Of a DNA stretch of 64,000 nucleotides, positions 29,524-39,688 are shown in pieces. The notes under the pieces were generated by a model that had not been told where the DNA came from, did not search any database, and saw only the letters and a program-made list of their open reading frames with translations. The stretch lies in the IMG/VR virus record IMGVR_UViG_3300017917_002953, positions 5,481-69,480 of that record; one strand, 5' to 3'. Within the stretch, counting starts at the first letter, position 1, and every line of letters begins with the position of its first letter. A program made the translations under genes and the position numbers. This stretch comes from a virus.

Positions 29524-30076
29524 CGAAAGATACGATGAAATAAAATCTCTGTTAAAAAAATCAAGAATGATTATGGAACAGAGTACACAAATAAATGTTG
29601 CCAAAGATTTGGAGACACGAATTGACCAAGAAACTGATTTAGAAACTGCAGATGTGGATACAAATCAAGTTGAGACTCCAAAATCAGATAAAAAACAAAG
29701 ATATAGAATTTCCGGAGGTATTTTAGCATTACATGGTAAAGACCGAAATGATTTGGATATTACTAGTGATGAGAAATTAGCTTTCCAAGAAACTATGGAT
29801 GAATTTGTTGAGGAAGTGTCGGATTTAGTTGATTTCAACACATTAAATGTTTACCCAAATAATGTTGAATGGTCAGGTAAATTAATCGATGAGGATTTAG
29901 ATTTCATATTCACAATTGGTGAGGATAGTGGAATTTATATCAATGGTCAAATGATTAAAGTGGACCCGGAATTTATGGACACATTAAATAAACTTCAACA
30001 ATATTACCAAAAATTTAAATCTAAATGGGGTAAAGTTTTGGCTAATAGAAAGAAAACTTCTGAGGCGGCTGAATAA
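29507..30076 (+). CDS. Hypothetical protein
   Basis: ORF in operon. Confidence 0.6.
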   Translation: MSNLHNERYDEIKSLLKKSRMIMEQSTQINVAKDLETRIDQETDLETADVDTNQVETPKSDKKQRYRISGGILALHGKDRNDLDITSDEKLAFQETMDEFVEEVSDLVDFNTLNVYPNNVEWSGKLIDEDLDFIFTIGEDSGIYINGQMIKVDPEFMDTLNKLQQYYQKFKSKWGKVLANRKKTSEAAE

Positions 30077-30432
30077 TGAAAGACATTGTAGGTAATAACA
30101 AACAAAATATCTTATTAATCATCGTTATTGTTTTAGCGGGATGGAATATTTTTACAACCAATAGAATCAAAACCGATGTTAAATCTTATAAGGAAAAAAT
30201 AGAATCACTTCAAACTGAAATTGATTCTGCTAAAGCGTTAAACGAAGGGATTGATGTTAAGATTGACTCAGTTAAAGGTAATGTTGTAAGGATTACGGAA
30301 GAAATTAATCATATCGATAATAATATAACAATAATTAAAAAACAAACGAATGAAAAAGTTAATAGTGTTGACACTCTTACTGCTAACGAGCTTGAGCAGT
30401 TTTTCACAGACCGATACGACAAAGCCAAATAG
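30076..30432 (+). CDS. N-terminal TM helix plus coiled coil (i-spanin-like)
   Basis: TM helix followed by heptads; overlaps the next ORF. Confidence 0.45.
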   Translation: MKDIVGNNKQNILLIIVIVLAGWNIFTTNRIKTDVKSYKEKIESLQTEIDSAKALNEGIDVKIDSVKGNVVRITEEINHIDNNITIIKKQTNEKVNSVDTLTANELEQFFTDRYDKAK

Positions 30433-30802
30433 TAATACTCCAATTCCTACTCAGGTAAGTGATACAACTAAGGTTAGGTTGAAAGTACCTGTAGCTAAAT
30501 TAGCGATAAAAGATATAATCAAAGGTGATGGATGTGCTGAAGAGCTAAAACAAACTCAAGAGAAAGTTATTAAATTAGAAACTAGAGAAAAAGAGAAAGA
30601 CGCTCATATTGTTCTTCTTGAAGAGAAAGATAAGAATAATAACTTTATGTTAGGGAAAAAAGACCAACAATTAAAAACTTCGGAAGAATTATCTACTAAA
30701 TTAGAAAAAGAACTAAAAGGTCAACGAACTAAAACATTTTTATGGAAAGTTGGGACCTATGTAGGGATAATCACATCAACATATCTTTTAATAATAAAGT
30801 AA
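30350..30802 (+). CDS. Secreted coiled-coil protein with a C-terminal TM helix (spanin-like)
   Basis: Signal peptide MKKLIVLTLLLLTSLSSFS|Q; C-terminal hydrophobic helix. Confidence 0.45.
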   Translation: MKKLIVLTLLLLTSLSSFSQTDTTKPNSNTPIPTQVSDTTKVRLKVPVAKLAIKDIIKGDGCAEELKQTQEKVIKLETREKEKDAHIVLLEEKDKNNNFMLGKKDQQLKTSEELSTKLEKELKGQRTKTFLWKVGTYVGIITSTYLLIIK

Positions 30803-31047
30803 TGGCATTAACCGCAACCGATAAAAAAGAAATTGAGACTATGATTCGTAAGGAGATAAAATCCTTCATGGAGAATAATACTATTAGACAATTTGAAGAT
30901 AAATTAGTCGCTCGAATCAGTAAAGAAATGAAAAGAGGTAAACTTGAAGGTGATGTTAAAGACATCACATTAAGAATGTTCCGTGAATTCTACCAATTTA
31001 TGTGGATGAATAGAAGTTATTGGGAACCAAGATTAAGAAACGCATAA
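30802..31047 (+). CDS. Hypothetical protein
   Basis: MALTATDKKEIETMIRKEI... Confidence 0.6.
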   Translation: MALTATDKKEIETMIRKEIKSFMENNTIRQFEDKLVARISKEMKRGKLEGDVKDITLRMFREFYQFMWMNRSYWEPRLRNA

Positions 31048-31048
31048 T

Positions 31049-32113
31049 ATGGAAACATCAGGACAATTATTTAAAAACAAATTAGATAAAGCATTTCAAG
31101 CTTCAAATATAAAAATGAATCAAACAACCATGGGTGATGCAATGAAATACAAACAATCCTTTAAAGAGGAAAAAATTGAAGGAGGTATTGCTGACGGTAA
31201 AACCTTAATGGATGTGGTGAAAAAACATTCTAAAGGGGATTCTGTTGACCCTTCTACAAAAAAGAAAATTAAAGATATTTTTAGAAAAATAAAAATTCAA
31301 CTTAATAAAGGTATTAAAGTTGAAATGGAACATACTAAAAGTAGAATTAAAGCAAAAGAAATTGCGATGGACCATTTGTGGGAAGACCCAAAATATTATG
31401 ATAAGTTGAAAAAAATTGAGTCGAAAGAAGGTAAAGAAAAAAAATATTTAGACATTGAAGACATGATTCCTGAATTAAGAAAACAACTTAATAAGAATAC
31501 TATGTTTGATAAAGACAAAAAGAAAGAAGAATCTCCAAGTAAGAAAGAAACTAAAGAAGAAACTGAAGTTTCTGAAAAATGGAGTGAAAAATATAAAAAA
31601 TCAATTGATTGTTCAAATCCAAAAGGTTTTAGTCAAAAAGCTCATTGTCAAGGTCGTAAAAAGAAAGAAACTAAAGAAGCTACAGGTTCAGGTTCCGCAG
31701 GTGCTTATTCAGGACCGGTATTTGGTGGTAATGATGAGTTTTGGGAGAGAAGTAGAAGTGAGAACCCTAAATTAGAAGAACAAGTTGAAAAAGTTGAAGC
31801 AACTGAGGCAACAGGTTCCGGTTCAGTAGGTGGTTATGAAACACCGGCTATGTGGGCTAAATCAACTAAAAAGAAAGATTGGGGTCCAAGTAGAAAAACT
31901 CAAATACCTGGTGGTGGTTTTGTTAAAGTTAAGAAGAAATGTACTAAATTTCCTTATTGTAATCAAGGTGATATTAGTAATCTTAAAATAAGTAAAAATG
32001 AATCGGTAAAAAATGCTATTAAAAGTGTTTCAAGTAAATTAGGTATTAGTGAAAGTACTATCATAACTATTTTGGAACATGAATACGAAAAATCGAGTAA
32101 AAGAACTAAATAA
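31049..32113 (+). CDS. Lys/Glu-rich modular protein (DUF5661-like module); probable internal head protein
   Basis: GIKVEMEHT...EIAMDHLWEDPKYYDKL; KWSEKYKKSIDCSNPKGFSQKAHC; repeated EATGSGS. Confidence 0.6.
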   Translation: METSGQLFKNKLDKAFQASNIKMNQTTMGDAMKYKQSFKEEKIEGGIADGKTLMDVVKKHSKGDSVDPSTKKKIKDIFRKIKIQLNKGIKVEMEHTKSRIKAKEIAMDHLWEDPKYYDKLKKIESKEGKEKKYLDIEDMIPELRKQLNKNTMFDKDKKKEESPSKKETKEETEVSEKWSEKYKKSIDCSNPKGFSQKAHCQGRKKKETKEATGSGSAGAYSGPVFGGNDEFWERSRSENPKLEEQVEKVEATEATGSGSVGGYETPAMWAKSTKKKDWGPSRKTQIPGGGFVKVKKKCTKFPYCNQGDISNLKISKNESVKNAIKSVSSKLGISESTIITILEHEYEKSSKRTK

Positions 32114-32139
32114 AGATATTTATAATTAAAATTAAAAAG

Positions 32140-33474
32140 ATGGATAAATTTGAAAAACATATCGACAAACTTGTTTCTAAAGTTTTAAACGAAGAAATTG
32201 AAAGTAAAGTAAAACAAATCACTGAGACCATGAGTGGTGAGTGGACTGAAATTACTGTCGACGAAGAATTAAAAGGTGGTCAAAAGAAACTTGATGTTGC
32301 TAAGCCAAAAGGTAAATTAACTAAAGCTGATTTTGATAAACTTAGAAAAGAAAAAGAAATCAAAGCGGGTAAAAAACATTCAGGAAGATTCGGGATGGAA
32401 GAGGCTGAGACTGAAGAGGGTAATGCTTTTTCAGGGGCTTTAGCTAAAGCTAAGGAAAAAGGTGATGATAGTTTTGAAGTTGATGGTAAAAAATATTCTG
32501 TTAAAGAAAGTGAAGAGAAGTGGATTCAAGACACTAAAATGAAAAAAGGTGCTCTTCATAAAAAATTAGGGGTTCCAGAAGGTGATAAAATTCCTGTTTC
32601 AAAATTAAAATCACTTAAAAAAGAATTAATGAAAAAAGGTGAAGGTGATAAAAAATTATCTGCAGCTGATTCTAAGTTATTAAAACAAGTTAATTTAGCT
32701 TTAACACTTAAATCCGTGAAAGAAAGTAAAAACTCTTTAAGATTGACTGAAAACGAGTTAATCGACATGATAGAACAAATAGTTCTTGAACAAGAAGTTA
32801 AAGATGCTGCTGAAAAAAGTAATATTACTAAAAAAAGTCCTCAAGGTTTAAAAGATACTGATAAGGTGTTAAACAAAAACAGAGAAATTAATGACGACCA
32901 TACAAAAGAAGTTGTTAAGAAAATGAAAGAATATATGAAGGATATGTTTATGGGTGGTAATGGATACGAAGACCAACCTGAAGATTTCCCTCAAAGTAAT
33001 TATGACATGGAAAAAGACCACAAAGAAAAGAAATATAATCCATCAGACGCAGTAGAAGAGTATATTGACGCATTTGCTTACCCTGGTATGACTAACTTAG
33101 TTTATGATGAAATCAAACCTGATGAAGAGATGATTGAAAAACAAATTAAGGGTGATTCTAAGAATGGTAATGCGGTTAAAGGCAAAGATGGTAAAGCATT
33201 AGGTAATGTTTCTAAAAGAAGTGAAAAAACCGGAGAGAAATTCAAGAAAAATTTTGAGGAGAACTTATATGGTGCTGAGCAAATGAATGGGTCATATAAA
33301 AGAGTTCCACAACCTGTAGACGTTGCTGGTGATAAAAAACAATCGGGTTCTTTGGCAAAATCACAAAAAATTCTTAACACATTAGAATCTAAAGAAAATA
33401 AGAAAGAAAAACTTGTTTCAGAAGAAATGATTAAGATGAAAGATTTAATTTCTTACAATAGAAAAACACAATAA
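32140..33474 (+). CDS. Lys/Glu-rich modular protein; probable internal head protein
   Basis: VSKVLNEE and LRLTENELIDMIEQIVLEQ motifs; TATTTATA upstream. Confidence 0.6.
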   Translation: MDKFEKHIDKLVSKVLNEEIESKVKQITETMSGEWTEITVDEELKGGQKKLDVAKPKGKLTKADFDKLRKEKEIKAGKKHSGRFGMEEAETEEGNAFSGALAKAKEKGDDSFEVDGKKYSVKESEEKWIQDTKMKKGALHKKLGVPEGDKIPVSKLKSLKKELMKKGEGDKKLSAADSKLLKQVNLALTLKSVKESKNSLRLTENELIDMIEQIVLEQEVKDAAEKSNITKKSPQGLKDTDKVLNKNREINDDHTKEVVKKMKEYMKDMFMGGNGYEDQPEDFPQSNYDMEKDHKEKKYNPSDAVEEYIDAFAYPGMTNLVYDEIKPDEEMIEKQIKGDSKNGNAVKGKDGKALGNVSKRSEKTGEKFKKNFEENLYGAEQMNGSYKRVPQPVDVAGDKKQSGSLAKSQKILNTLESKENKKEKLVSEEMIKMKDLISYNRKTQ

Positions 33475-33512
33475 AATTCACATTTCGAATGATTATACTA
33501 TATTCTCCATAG

Positions 33513-33980
33513 ATGAACTCTATGGAGAATTTTTTTAATTATATGACTCAAACAGTACCAAAAGAAGATTTAATTATTTGGTTCAATATTCATAATATGT
33601 ATTATGAACGGATTGAATTATATGGGGATATATTCAAATCTTTAAATTTTATAATAATGGACACCTATTTAGGTAATGAAAATAACGAGACAAGAATTAT
33701 TATCTCTCAAGAAGATAATGATAATCATTTCAATTGGTGTTGGGAAAAACTGATTGAAAGTTTTAGAAAAGAAAATATAATAATTGACAGTGAAGGGGAC
33801 CATAAAGAATATTTTAAATCATTCTATAATGACACTTTTTATGGTGAAAATAAAACTCAAATGAGATTGTCAATACCTAATTTTTTGAACGATATTTTTA
33901 ATGTGGATAAAGAATTTGTTAAACCTGATTTGGATATTTTAACAGAGTATTATAAGATTTTACAAAAATATATTAATTAA
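33513..33980 (+). CDS. Hypothetical protein
   Basis: ORF. Confidence 0.6.
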   Translation: MNSMENFFNYMTQTVPKEDLIIWFNIHNMYYERIELYGDIFKSLNFIIMDTYLGNENNETRIIISQEDNDNHFNWCWEKLIESFRKENIIIDSEGDHKEYFKSFYNDTFYGENKTQMRLSIPNFLNDIFNVDKEFVKPDLDILTEYYKILQKYIN

Positions 33981-34059
33981 AAAAATTCGGTTGGTATTTA
34001 CACCAGGGTAAAAAAAGTTATTTTTCCCATATACGAATAAACCAAATAATAATTTAAAG

Positions 34060-34245
34060 ATGGAAACATTAGAAAAAATTAAAACTTTAACTGAGCAATT
34101 ATCTGTTGATGCTACTAAGTTCTATAACGGGAACAAAAGTGCTGGTACAAGAACAAGAAAAACTGCTCAAGAGTTAAAAGCGTTACTACAAGAGTTTAGA
34201 GTTGAGATTCTTGAACATAGTAAAAAAGGAACTGAGAATGCATAA
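34060..34245 (+). CDS. Histone H1-like protein (Hc1 family)
   Basis: KFYNGNKSAGTRTRKTAQELKALLQEFR. Confidence 0.7.
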   Translation: METLEKIKTLTEQLSVDATKFYNGNKSAGTRTRKTAQELKALLQEFRVEILEHSKKGTENA

Positions 34246-34423
34246 TATTGAAACAATATATCTTTTTATATTTGTGTTCACAATATTAGTGGTGTTGAAG
34301 AACATCACAAAATTTATAAGTGCCCTGTTATCTAAAGAACCAAAACCGTTGGTTTATAGTAACAGGGAACTTATTTTCCTTGGATTATCATTAAGTTATT
34401 TAATTACATACATATTACAATGA
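34238..34423 (+). CDS. Small two-TM membrane protein
   Basis: Two hydrophobic stretches. Confidence 0.55.
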   Translation: MHNIETIYLFIFVFTILVVLKNITKFISALLSKEPKPLVYSNRELIFLGLSLSYLITYILQ

Positions 34424-34875
34424 GTTTTTATAAAGAATTAGAGCCGTTTGTGCAATACATACATTCCGTTAGAAAATTGGAAAATTATTTAAGTTTTGAC
34501 ATGGCGTTTCCTGTCAAGTGGTCATTACCAAAAAGTATTATTGATGAAGGTCAAGTGATTGGTTTCAATTTGGAAGACCAAAACTTAAAAGGATTGACAT
34601 TTGTTACACAGATTAACGAAAATGATGTTTCAACTATTCTTACCAAAATTGCCAAAATAATAAAACTAAATAAAGAGAGAGAATTAAAAGAACAATTATT
34701 TAAACAAACTATCGATAGGTTAAAACAAACATTCGAGAAAACGGATTTAGATAAACTTCAACATCTTTATTTTGATTTTGAAACTGATATGACACCAAAT
34801 TTAGAATTAGATGAGCAAAACGGAGAGGAGTCAGCAACTATTGAATTGGCTGACGAGCGAGAAGAAGAAAGATAA
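34420..34875 (+). CDS. Hypothetical protein
   Basis: ORF in operon. Confidence 0.6.
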   Translation: MSFYKELEPFVQYIHSVRKLENYLSFDMAFPVKWSLPKSIIDEGQVIGFNLEDQNLKGLTFVTQINENDVSTILTKIAKIIKLNKERELKEQLFKQTIDRLKQTFEKTDLDKLQHLYFDFETDMTPNLELDEQNGEESATIELADEREEER

Positions 34876-35005
34876 TATCGAACTTGAACGAAACAAAAAA
34901 AGAATTATTTGGGAAATTAAACAAATGAATAAAAAAGATTTATTTCCTGAACCAAAAAAACTTACACTATGGGAGAAGATAAAGATATTGATTTTGGGAC
35001 ATTAG
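34811..35005 (+). CDS. Hypothetical protein
   Basis: Overlapping ORF in operon. Confidence 0.5.
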   Translation: MSKTERSQQLLNWLTSEKKKDNIELERNKKRIIWEIKQMNKKDLFPEPKKLTLWEKIKILILGH

Positions 35006-35199
35006 AAAAATTGGCATTGATTGCGGAATCTTGTCAAACCATTTTCAGCGGTAAAGGTACAATTATATTTGAATTACCTAAAGGAGAATATACTAGTGTT
35101 ATAAATCATTTTAGGGAAATTGATAGGCATCATAAACAATTTACCATTGACATATCTGGAACTGAATTTCATTTTATTTTGAAGGAGGTAGAGTCGTAA
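34969..35199 (+). CDS. Hypothetical protein
   Basis: Overlapping ORF in operon. Confidence 0.5.
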   Translation: MGEDKDIDFGTLEKLALIAESCQTIFSGKGTIIFELPKGEYTSVINHFREIDRHHKQFTIDISGTEFHFILKEVES

Positions 35200-35818
35200 A
35201 TTTTCGATATAATATTTTTTTATCAATTCCGTATGATTCTAAAAGATTAAATAAGTATTTTCTTTGTGCAGAGGAGTGGTCTTTAACAAAAAGACAATCT
35301 CCTCTTTTTATTTTAAAAAAATGTGAAGATAAACAATCAATGAACCTTGATGCTTCGGATTCTGATTTTAATGTGAATAAATTTATTTTTTCATCTTCTT
35401 GAACAACAATTTTATTATTTAAACTCGAGATTAGTTTTAATCCATCACCTTTCAAATATGTTTTGATTAGTTGATTTACTGTTATTTTTTTCTTTTTCGA
35501 AACATCGTAAATCTTTTCTTCTTTTTTAAATGGGGATATTTGAAATAATGTCATATCATTAGAGTCAAGTTTTACTCTAGAGTGTCTACCAAACTCATCG
35601 GTCATATAAACAGGGACTAGTTGTTTTGAACTCATTTCAACGATTCCTAATTCATATTTACAATCAACACCATTTTCCATTTCAACATTAAAAATGATAT
35701 TGTTTGATTCTTCCATTAATTTATCGTAAAATTGTTTAGCTCGTGAAAATGTCACGAACTTATTTATTATTTTTTTCTTTTTTTTATCCTTAAATAATAC
35801 TACAAGATAGTTCACCAT
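35174..35818 (-). CDS. Hypothetical protein
   Basis: Long ORF; start moved to MVNYLVV. Confidence 0.6.
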   Translation of the reverse strand: MVNYLVVLFKDKKKKKIINKFVTFSRAKQFYDKLMEESNNIIFNVEMENGVDCKYELGIVEMSSKQLVPVYMTDEFGRHSRVKLDSNDMTLFQISPFKKEEKIYDVSKKKKITVNQLIKTYLKGDGLKLISSLNNKIVVQEDEKINLFTLKSESEASRFIDCLSSHFFKIKRGDCLFVKDHSSAQRKYLFNLLESYGIDKKILYRKFTTLPPSK

Positions 35819-35820
35819 AT

Positions 35821-36741
35821 ATGAAAGATTACTATAAAATTTTAGAAGTTGAAGAGAAAGCGTCACAAGATGACATAAAAAAAAGTTATCGGTCTCTATC
35901 TAAGAAATATCATCCCGATGTAAATCCGGAGGGTTCGGATAAATTTAAAGAGATTGCGGAAGCTTATGACACATTGGGAAACGTTGAAAAACGAGCTCAA
36001 TATGACCAAAGTAAAAATAACCCATTTGCTGGAGGAGGTTCATTTGAAGATATATTTTCTCAGATGTTTGGTAATAGAGGTGGTTTTCAACAACAACGAA
36101 GAAAATCCGTACCTGATAAAATTGTGAAGGTTCAAATAACACCGATAGAGTCTTATAAAGGTGTTGAAAAGAAAATCCAATACATGAAGGATAATCAATG
36201 TGGTACTTGTAGTGGAACAGGAGGAGACAGACAAGTATGTGGTTCTTGTAATGGGGTAGGGTTTCAAATTAAATCATTTGGAACAGGATTTATGACACAA
36301 CAAATAAGACAAGCGTGTGGTAGTTGTGGAGGTCGAGGATATACATTGGTTCATAAATGTCATGTATGTTCAGGTCACGGAAGTAAAACAGAAATAAGTT
36401 CGGTTAATTTTAAATTACCTAAAGGGGTTGATAGTGGTCAATATTTGAAACTTGAAAACTTAGGGGATTTTAAAAATGGGGAAATTGGTGATTTAGTTAT
36501 TCAAATAGAGGTTATAGACCATGATGGTTTTGAAAAAATGAATAATGATTTAATTTATAGTTTATTCCTTAATTTGGAAGAGGTTAAACAAGATAGGTTA
36601 AAAGTCCCTCATCCGGATGGTGAGTTAATGTTAAACCAACCCAAGATATTCGATACTTCAAAACCTTTAAGGTTGAAAGGGAAAGGATATAACGGAGGAG
36701 ATATGTATGTTAAGTTAAATGTAAGATTTGAAAGACCTTAA
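35821..36741 (+). CDS. dnaJ: DnaJ chaperone
   Basis: J domain with HPD, four CxxCxGxG repeats, C-terminal domain. Confidence 0.92.
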   Translation: MKDYYKILEVEEKASQDDIKKSYRSLSKKYHPDVNPEGSDKFKEIAEAYDTLGNVEKRAQYDQSKNNPFAGGGSFEDIFSQMFGNRGGFQQQRRKSVPDKIVKVQITPIESYKGVEKKIQYMKDNQCGTCSGTGGDRQVCGSCNGVGFQIKSFGTGFMTQQIRQACGSCGGRGYTLVHKCHVCSGHGSKTEISSVNFKLPKGVDSGQYLKLENLGDFKNGEIGDLVIQIEVIDHDGFEKMNNDLIYSLFLNLEEVKQDRLKVPHPDGELMLNQPKIFDTSKPLRLKGKGYNGGDMYVKLNVRFERP

Positions 36742-36926
36742 AAAATAAGGTCTTTTAATTTGATAATTAGTTGGATGGTTCCATATATTGATGCGAATAT
36801 GATGTAAAATCCTAACACAATGATTCCAATTTGTTTTTTAGATACACCTCTTTGTCTACATTTTTTACATTCACCTTGTGAGTTAATTTGATTTTCTTCG
36901 ATAATTTGTCCTTCTACTACTTCCAT
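36738..36926 (-). CDS. Small CxxC plus TM protein
   Basis: CKKC followed by a hydrophobic helix. Confidence 0.5.
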   Translation of the reverse strand: MEVVEGQIIEENQINSQGECKKCRQRGVSKKQIGIIVLGFYIIFASIYGTIQLIIKLKDLIF

Positions 36927-37023
36927 AATGTTTTAATTTTAATAAAAAATAAATTAAAAAACTTTAAAGTCAAACTTGCTTTTTATGTTTTTATTTCTTA
37001 TAATTATAAAAAAAAATAAAATT

Positions 37024-37866
37024 ATGGCATTATCATACATTGGAGGTAAATCTAAGATAGGTAAATGGATTGTACCGTTTTACGATAAAAATATGAAAAC
37101 TTATGTTGAACCATTTGGAGGAATGTTTTGGTGTTTTTTCAATATGGATTTAACTCAATACCCTAACTTAGAAGAAGTTGTTTATAATGACTTTAATCCA
37201 TTAAACTATAATTTGTTTCAATGTCTTCAACATCCGGAGTTACTATTGGAATCAATCAATTCAATCCCATGTCAAGAAAGAGGGGTTGAAAATACACCTG
37301 AGATTTATAAAGAACAATTTTTAAGGTTTCAAGCTGAAATATTTGATGAAAATTTCAGGGTACAACCTTATGATTATTTGACTGCGGCAAAATACGCGTA
37401 TGTTTTAACGCAAGTGTTTAGTGGTTCAAGACCTGAAACAAGTTCTTTTATTGATTTAAAAGGGAAATACAAATCAAAATACTTAACATTTAGAGATAAG
37501 TTAAGTAATTCTGTTTGGGTAGAACATTTTGTAAGAATTACTAAAATTGAAAACTTAGATTTTGAGGAGTTAATTCAAAAATACGATTCACCTGACACTT
37601 ATATTTATCTTGACCCTCCTTATTGGAAAACAGAAAACTATTATTCAAACCATGATTTTGACAGTGGTGACCATGAACGACTTGCGAATTGTGTTAAAGG
37701 TAGTCAATCAAAATGGTCATTATCTTACTATGATTTTCCACAATTACATCAATGGTTTCCACAAGACCAATTTAGATGGGAGAAGAAAGAATTTGCTAAA
37801 GCAGCTGCTGCTAAGAAAGGTGAGAAACAAAATAAGGGTGAGGAATTATTAATCATGAATTATTAA
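37024..37866 (+). CDS. Dam-family (D12 class) DNA adenine methyltransferase
   Basis: YIGGKSK, YVEPFGG, YND, YLDPPY. Confidence 0.88.
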   Translation: MALSYIGGKSKIGKWIVPFYDKNMKTYVEPFGGMFWCFFNMDLTQYPNLEEVVYNDFNPLNYNLFQCLQHPELLLESINSIPCQERGVENTPEIYKEQFLRFQAEIFDENFRVQPYDYLTAAKYAYVLTQVFSGSRPETSSFIDLKGKYKSKYLTFRDKLSNSVWVEHFVRITKIENLDFEELIQKYDSPDTYIYLDPPYWKTENYYSNHDFDSGDHERLANCVKGSQSKWSLSYYDFPQLHQWFPQDQFRWEKKEFAKAAAAKKGEKQNKGEELLIMNY

Positions 37867-37947
37867 AAAAAAGTGTAATTTATTTTTGAGATATCAAAAT
37901 AAGAATTATATTTGCATTCGATATATTTATAATTAAAATAGTTTAAG

Positions 37948-39273
37948 ATGAAATTTACACCATTATTAAAATCAATCATTCTAGAACAATCAAGATTTGA
38001 GGTTTTATACGACGCTTTAACAAAACCAAGTGTAGACAAACAAGGAAAAAAACAAAAACCAAAATTGACAAAACAAGAATTGAACGCTCTTGTTATGGCG
38101 GACCCAACAACTCGATTAAATGATGTTGATTTAGAAAATATGTCCCCTGATGATTTCAAGAAAATCAAGGCGGGTAAATATGTTCAGTGGCTTATCAAAC
38201 AATATCTATCACCTAAAACAGAAAGACAACCTGGTGAAAATGGATATGATAGAGAAGTTGCTCAAGTTAAAGAAACTTTCATGGAAGACCTTTATAAAGT
38301 TACTGATGATTTGAAAAAATTCGAAAGATTCAAAAACAAAATTAAAGGGGAAAAAGATATTAATAAATTGACTGCGGACCAATTATATGACGCGGTTAAA
38401 GATTTTGACCTTACATTGGCAACCACTACTAAAGCGGAAAGAAGGTCTGCTGATGTTCACCCTGGTTCTAAATTAGTCTATGACGGTCCTAATTGGAGAG
38501 TTGTTGAAATTGAAGATAAGGGTCCTGTTGGTAAAGAGGCGGCTTGTTTCTATGGAGGTAATAACCAAGAGACAAGATGGTGTACTTCAACACCGGGTAC
38601 TGACCAATGGTTCAATAGATATATTAAAGACGGTCCGTTATATGTGATTTACAATCCTAACGACACGGATGTTGCACCAACTACAGGTCTACCTAAAAAC
38701 AGATATCAATTCCATTTCCCATCAAATCAATTCATGGATAAAGATGACCGTCAACAAGATTTGGTTCAGTTATTAACAGGTCCTATGAAAGAATTAAAAG
38801 ATTTCTTCAAACCTGAATTTGCTAAAGGATTAACTGTTGGTGGTGGTGAGAAATTAGTCATTGATAGTTTCACTCATGGTGCTGTTGGTAAGTTCATTGC
38901 ATTATATGGTTTAGATGACTTAATTGGTAATCTACCTGATACATTGAAAGAATTCCAAATTCAAAATAAAGATAATAAAAATGATATTACAATTAATATC
39001 CCTGAGGAAATTGGTAGATTCAAGAATTTAACTATGATTATGTTAGATAATTGTATTGCTAGTATTCCGGATTCGGTTTGTACATTACCTAAGTTACAAT
39101 TTTTAGCGTTAATCAATAACCCTAAACTTACAAAAGTACCTGAATGTATTGTAAATTTACCATCATTATTATTCCTTAACTTAAAAGGTAGTCCAAATGT
39201 ACAAGTACCTGCAGCTATCAAAGAAAAAGGAACTGATATGGGTGGAGGTATGTGGGACCTTCAAGCAGATTAA
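37948..39273 (+). CDS. T[RK]WCT-family protein with C-terminal leucine-rich repeats
   Basis: KDINKL...ACFYGG...TRWCTS; IPEEIGRFKNL, IPDSVCTLPKL, VPECIVNLPSL. Confidence 0.75.
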   Translation: MKFTPLLKSIILEQSRFEVLYDALTKPSVDKQGKKQKPKLTKQELNALVMADPTTRLNDVDLENMSPDDFKKIKAGKYVQWLIKQYLSPKTERQPGENGYDREVAQVKETFMEDLYKVTDDLKKFERFKNKIKGEKDINKLTADQLYDAVKDFDLTLATTTKAERRSADVHPGSKLVYDGPNWRVVEIEDKGPVGKEAACFYGGNNQETRWCTSTPGTDQWFNRYIKDGPLYVIYNPNDTDVAPTTGLPKNRYQFHFPSNQFMDKDDRQQDLVQLLTGPMKELKDFFKPEFAKGLTVGGGEKLVIDSFTHGAVGKFIALYGLDDLIGNLPDTLKEFQIQNKDNKNDITINIPEEIGRFKNLTMIMLDNCIASIPDSVCTLPKLQFLALINNPKLTKVPECIVNLPSLLFLNLKGSPNVQVPAAIKEKGTDMGGGMWDLQAD

Positions 39274-39287
39274 AAAAAAATAAATAT

Positions 39288-39635
39288 ATGAGTGTAGATG
39301 TTGAAGTTTATTTGAGTGGGATTGTAAAATTCTTCAAAGAAAACCCAAAAGATTTACTTAGTTTAGTTCCGAAAGAAAAGGAAGATGATTTTTACTCCTT
39401 AATACGAAAATATTCTTTTGAGAATTATGAAAAAGGTGATGATTATGTTTTAACGAGGAATCAAATTTTGGAGATATGTGTTCAGTTAAATGAATCTCAT
39501 AGACAAAATGGTGAAATTACTCCATCAAAAATGAATAAAATAGACAATCTACAACATATGTTAGATGAGGCGATTAAAAATGAAGAATATGAAGTCGCCG
39601 CTGAATTGAGAGACCAAATAAAAAATATGGTATAA
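39288..39635 (+). CDS. Protein with a C-terminal UVR (UvrB/C) motif
   Basis: LDEAIKNEEYEVAAELRDQI. Confidence 0.65.
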   Translation: MSVDVEVYLSGIVKFFKENPKDLLSLVPKEKEDDFYSLIRKYSFENYEKGDDYVLTRNQILEICVQLNESHRQNGEITPSKMNKIDNLQHMLDEAIKNEEYEVAAELRDQIKNMV

Positions 39636-39642
39636 AAAAAAT

Positions 39643-39673
39643 GGGGAACAATTTGTTCCCCTTTTATTTTTTT
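39643..39673 (+). terminator. Terminator hairpin overlapping the next promoter
   Basis: GGGGAACA-ATT-TGTTCCCC followed by a T-rich tail. Confidence 0.65.
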
Positions 39674-39683
39674 CATATATTTG
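39652..39683 (+). promoter_or_regulatory. Bacteroidota housekeeping-sigma promoter
   Basis: TTTG, 20-nt spacer, TATATTTG. Confidence 0.6.
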
Positions 39684-39688
39684 CTCTC

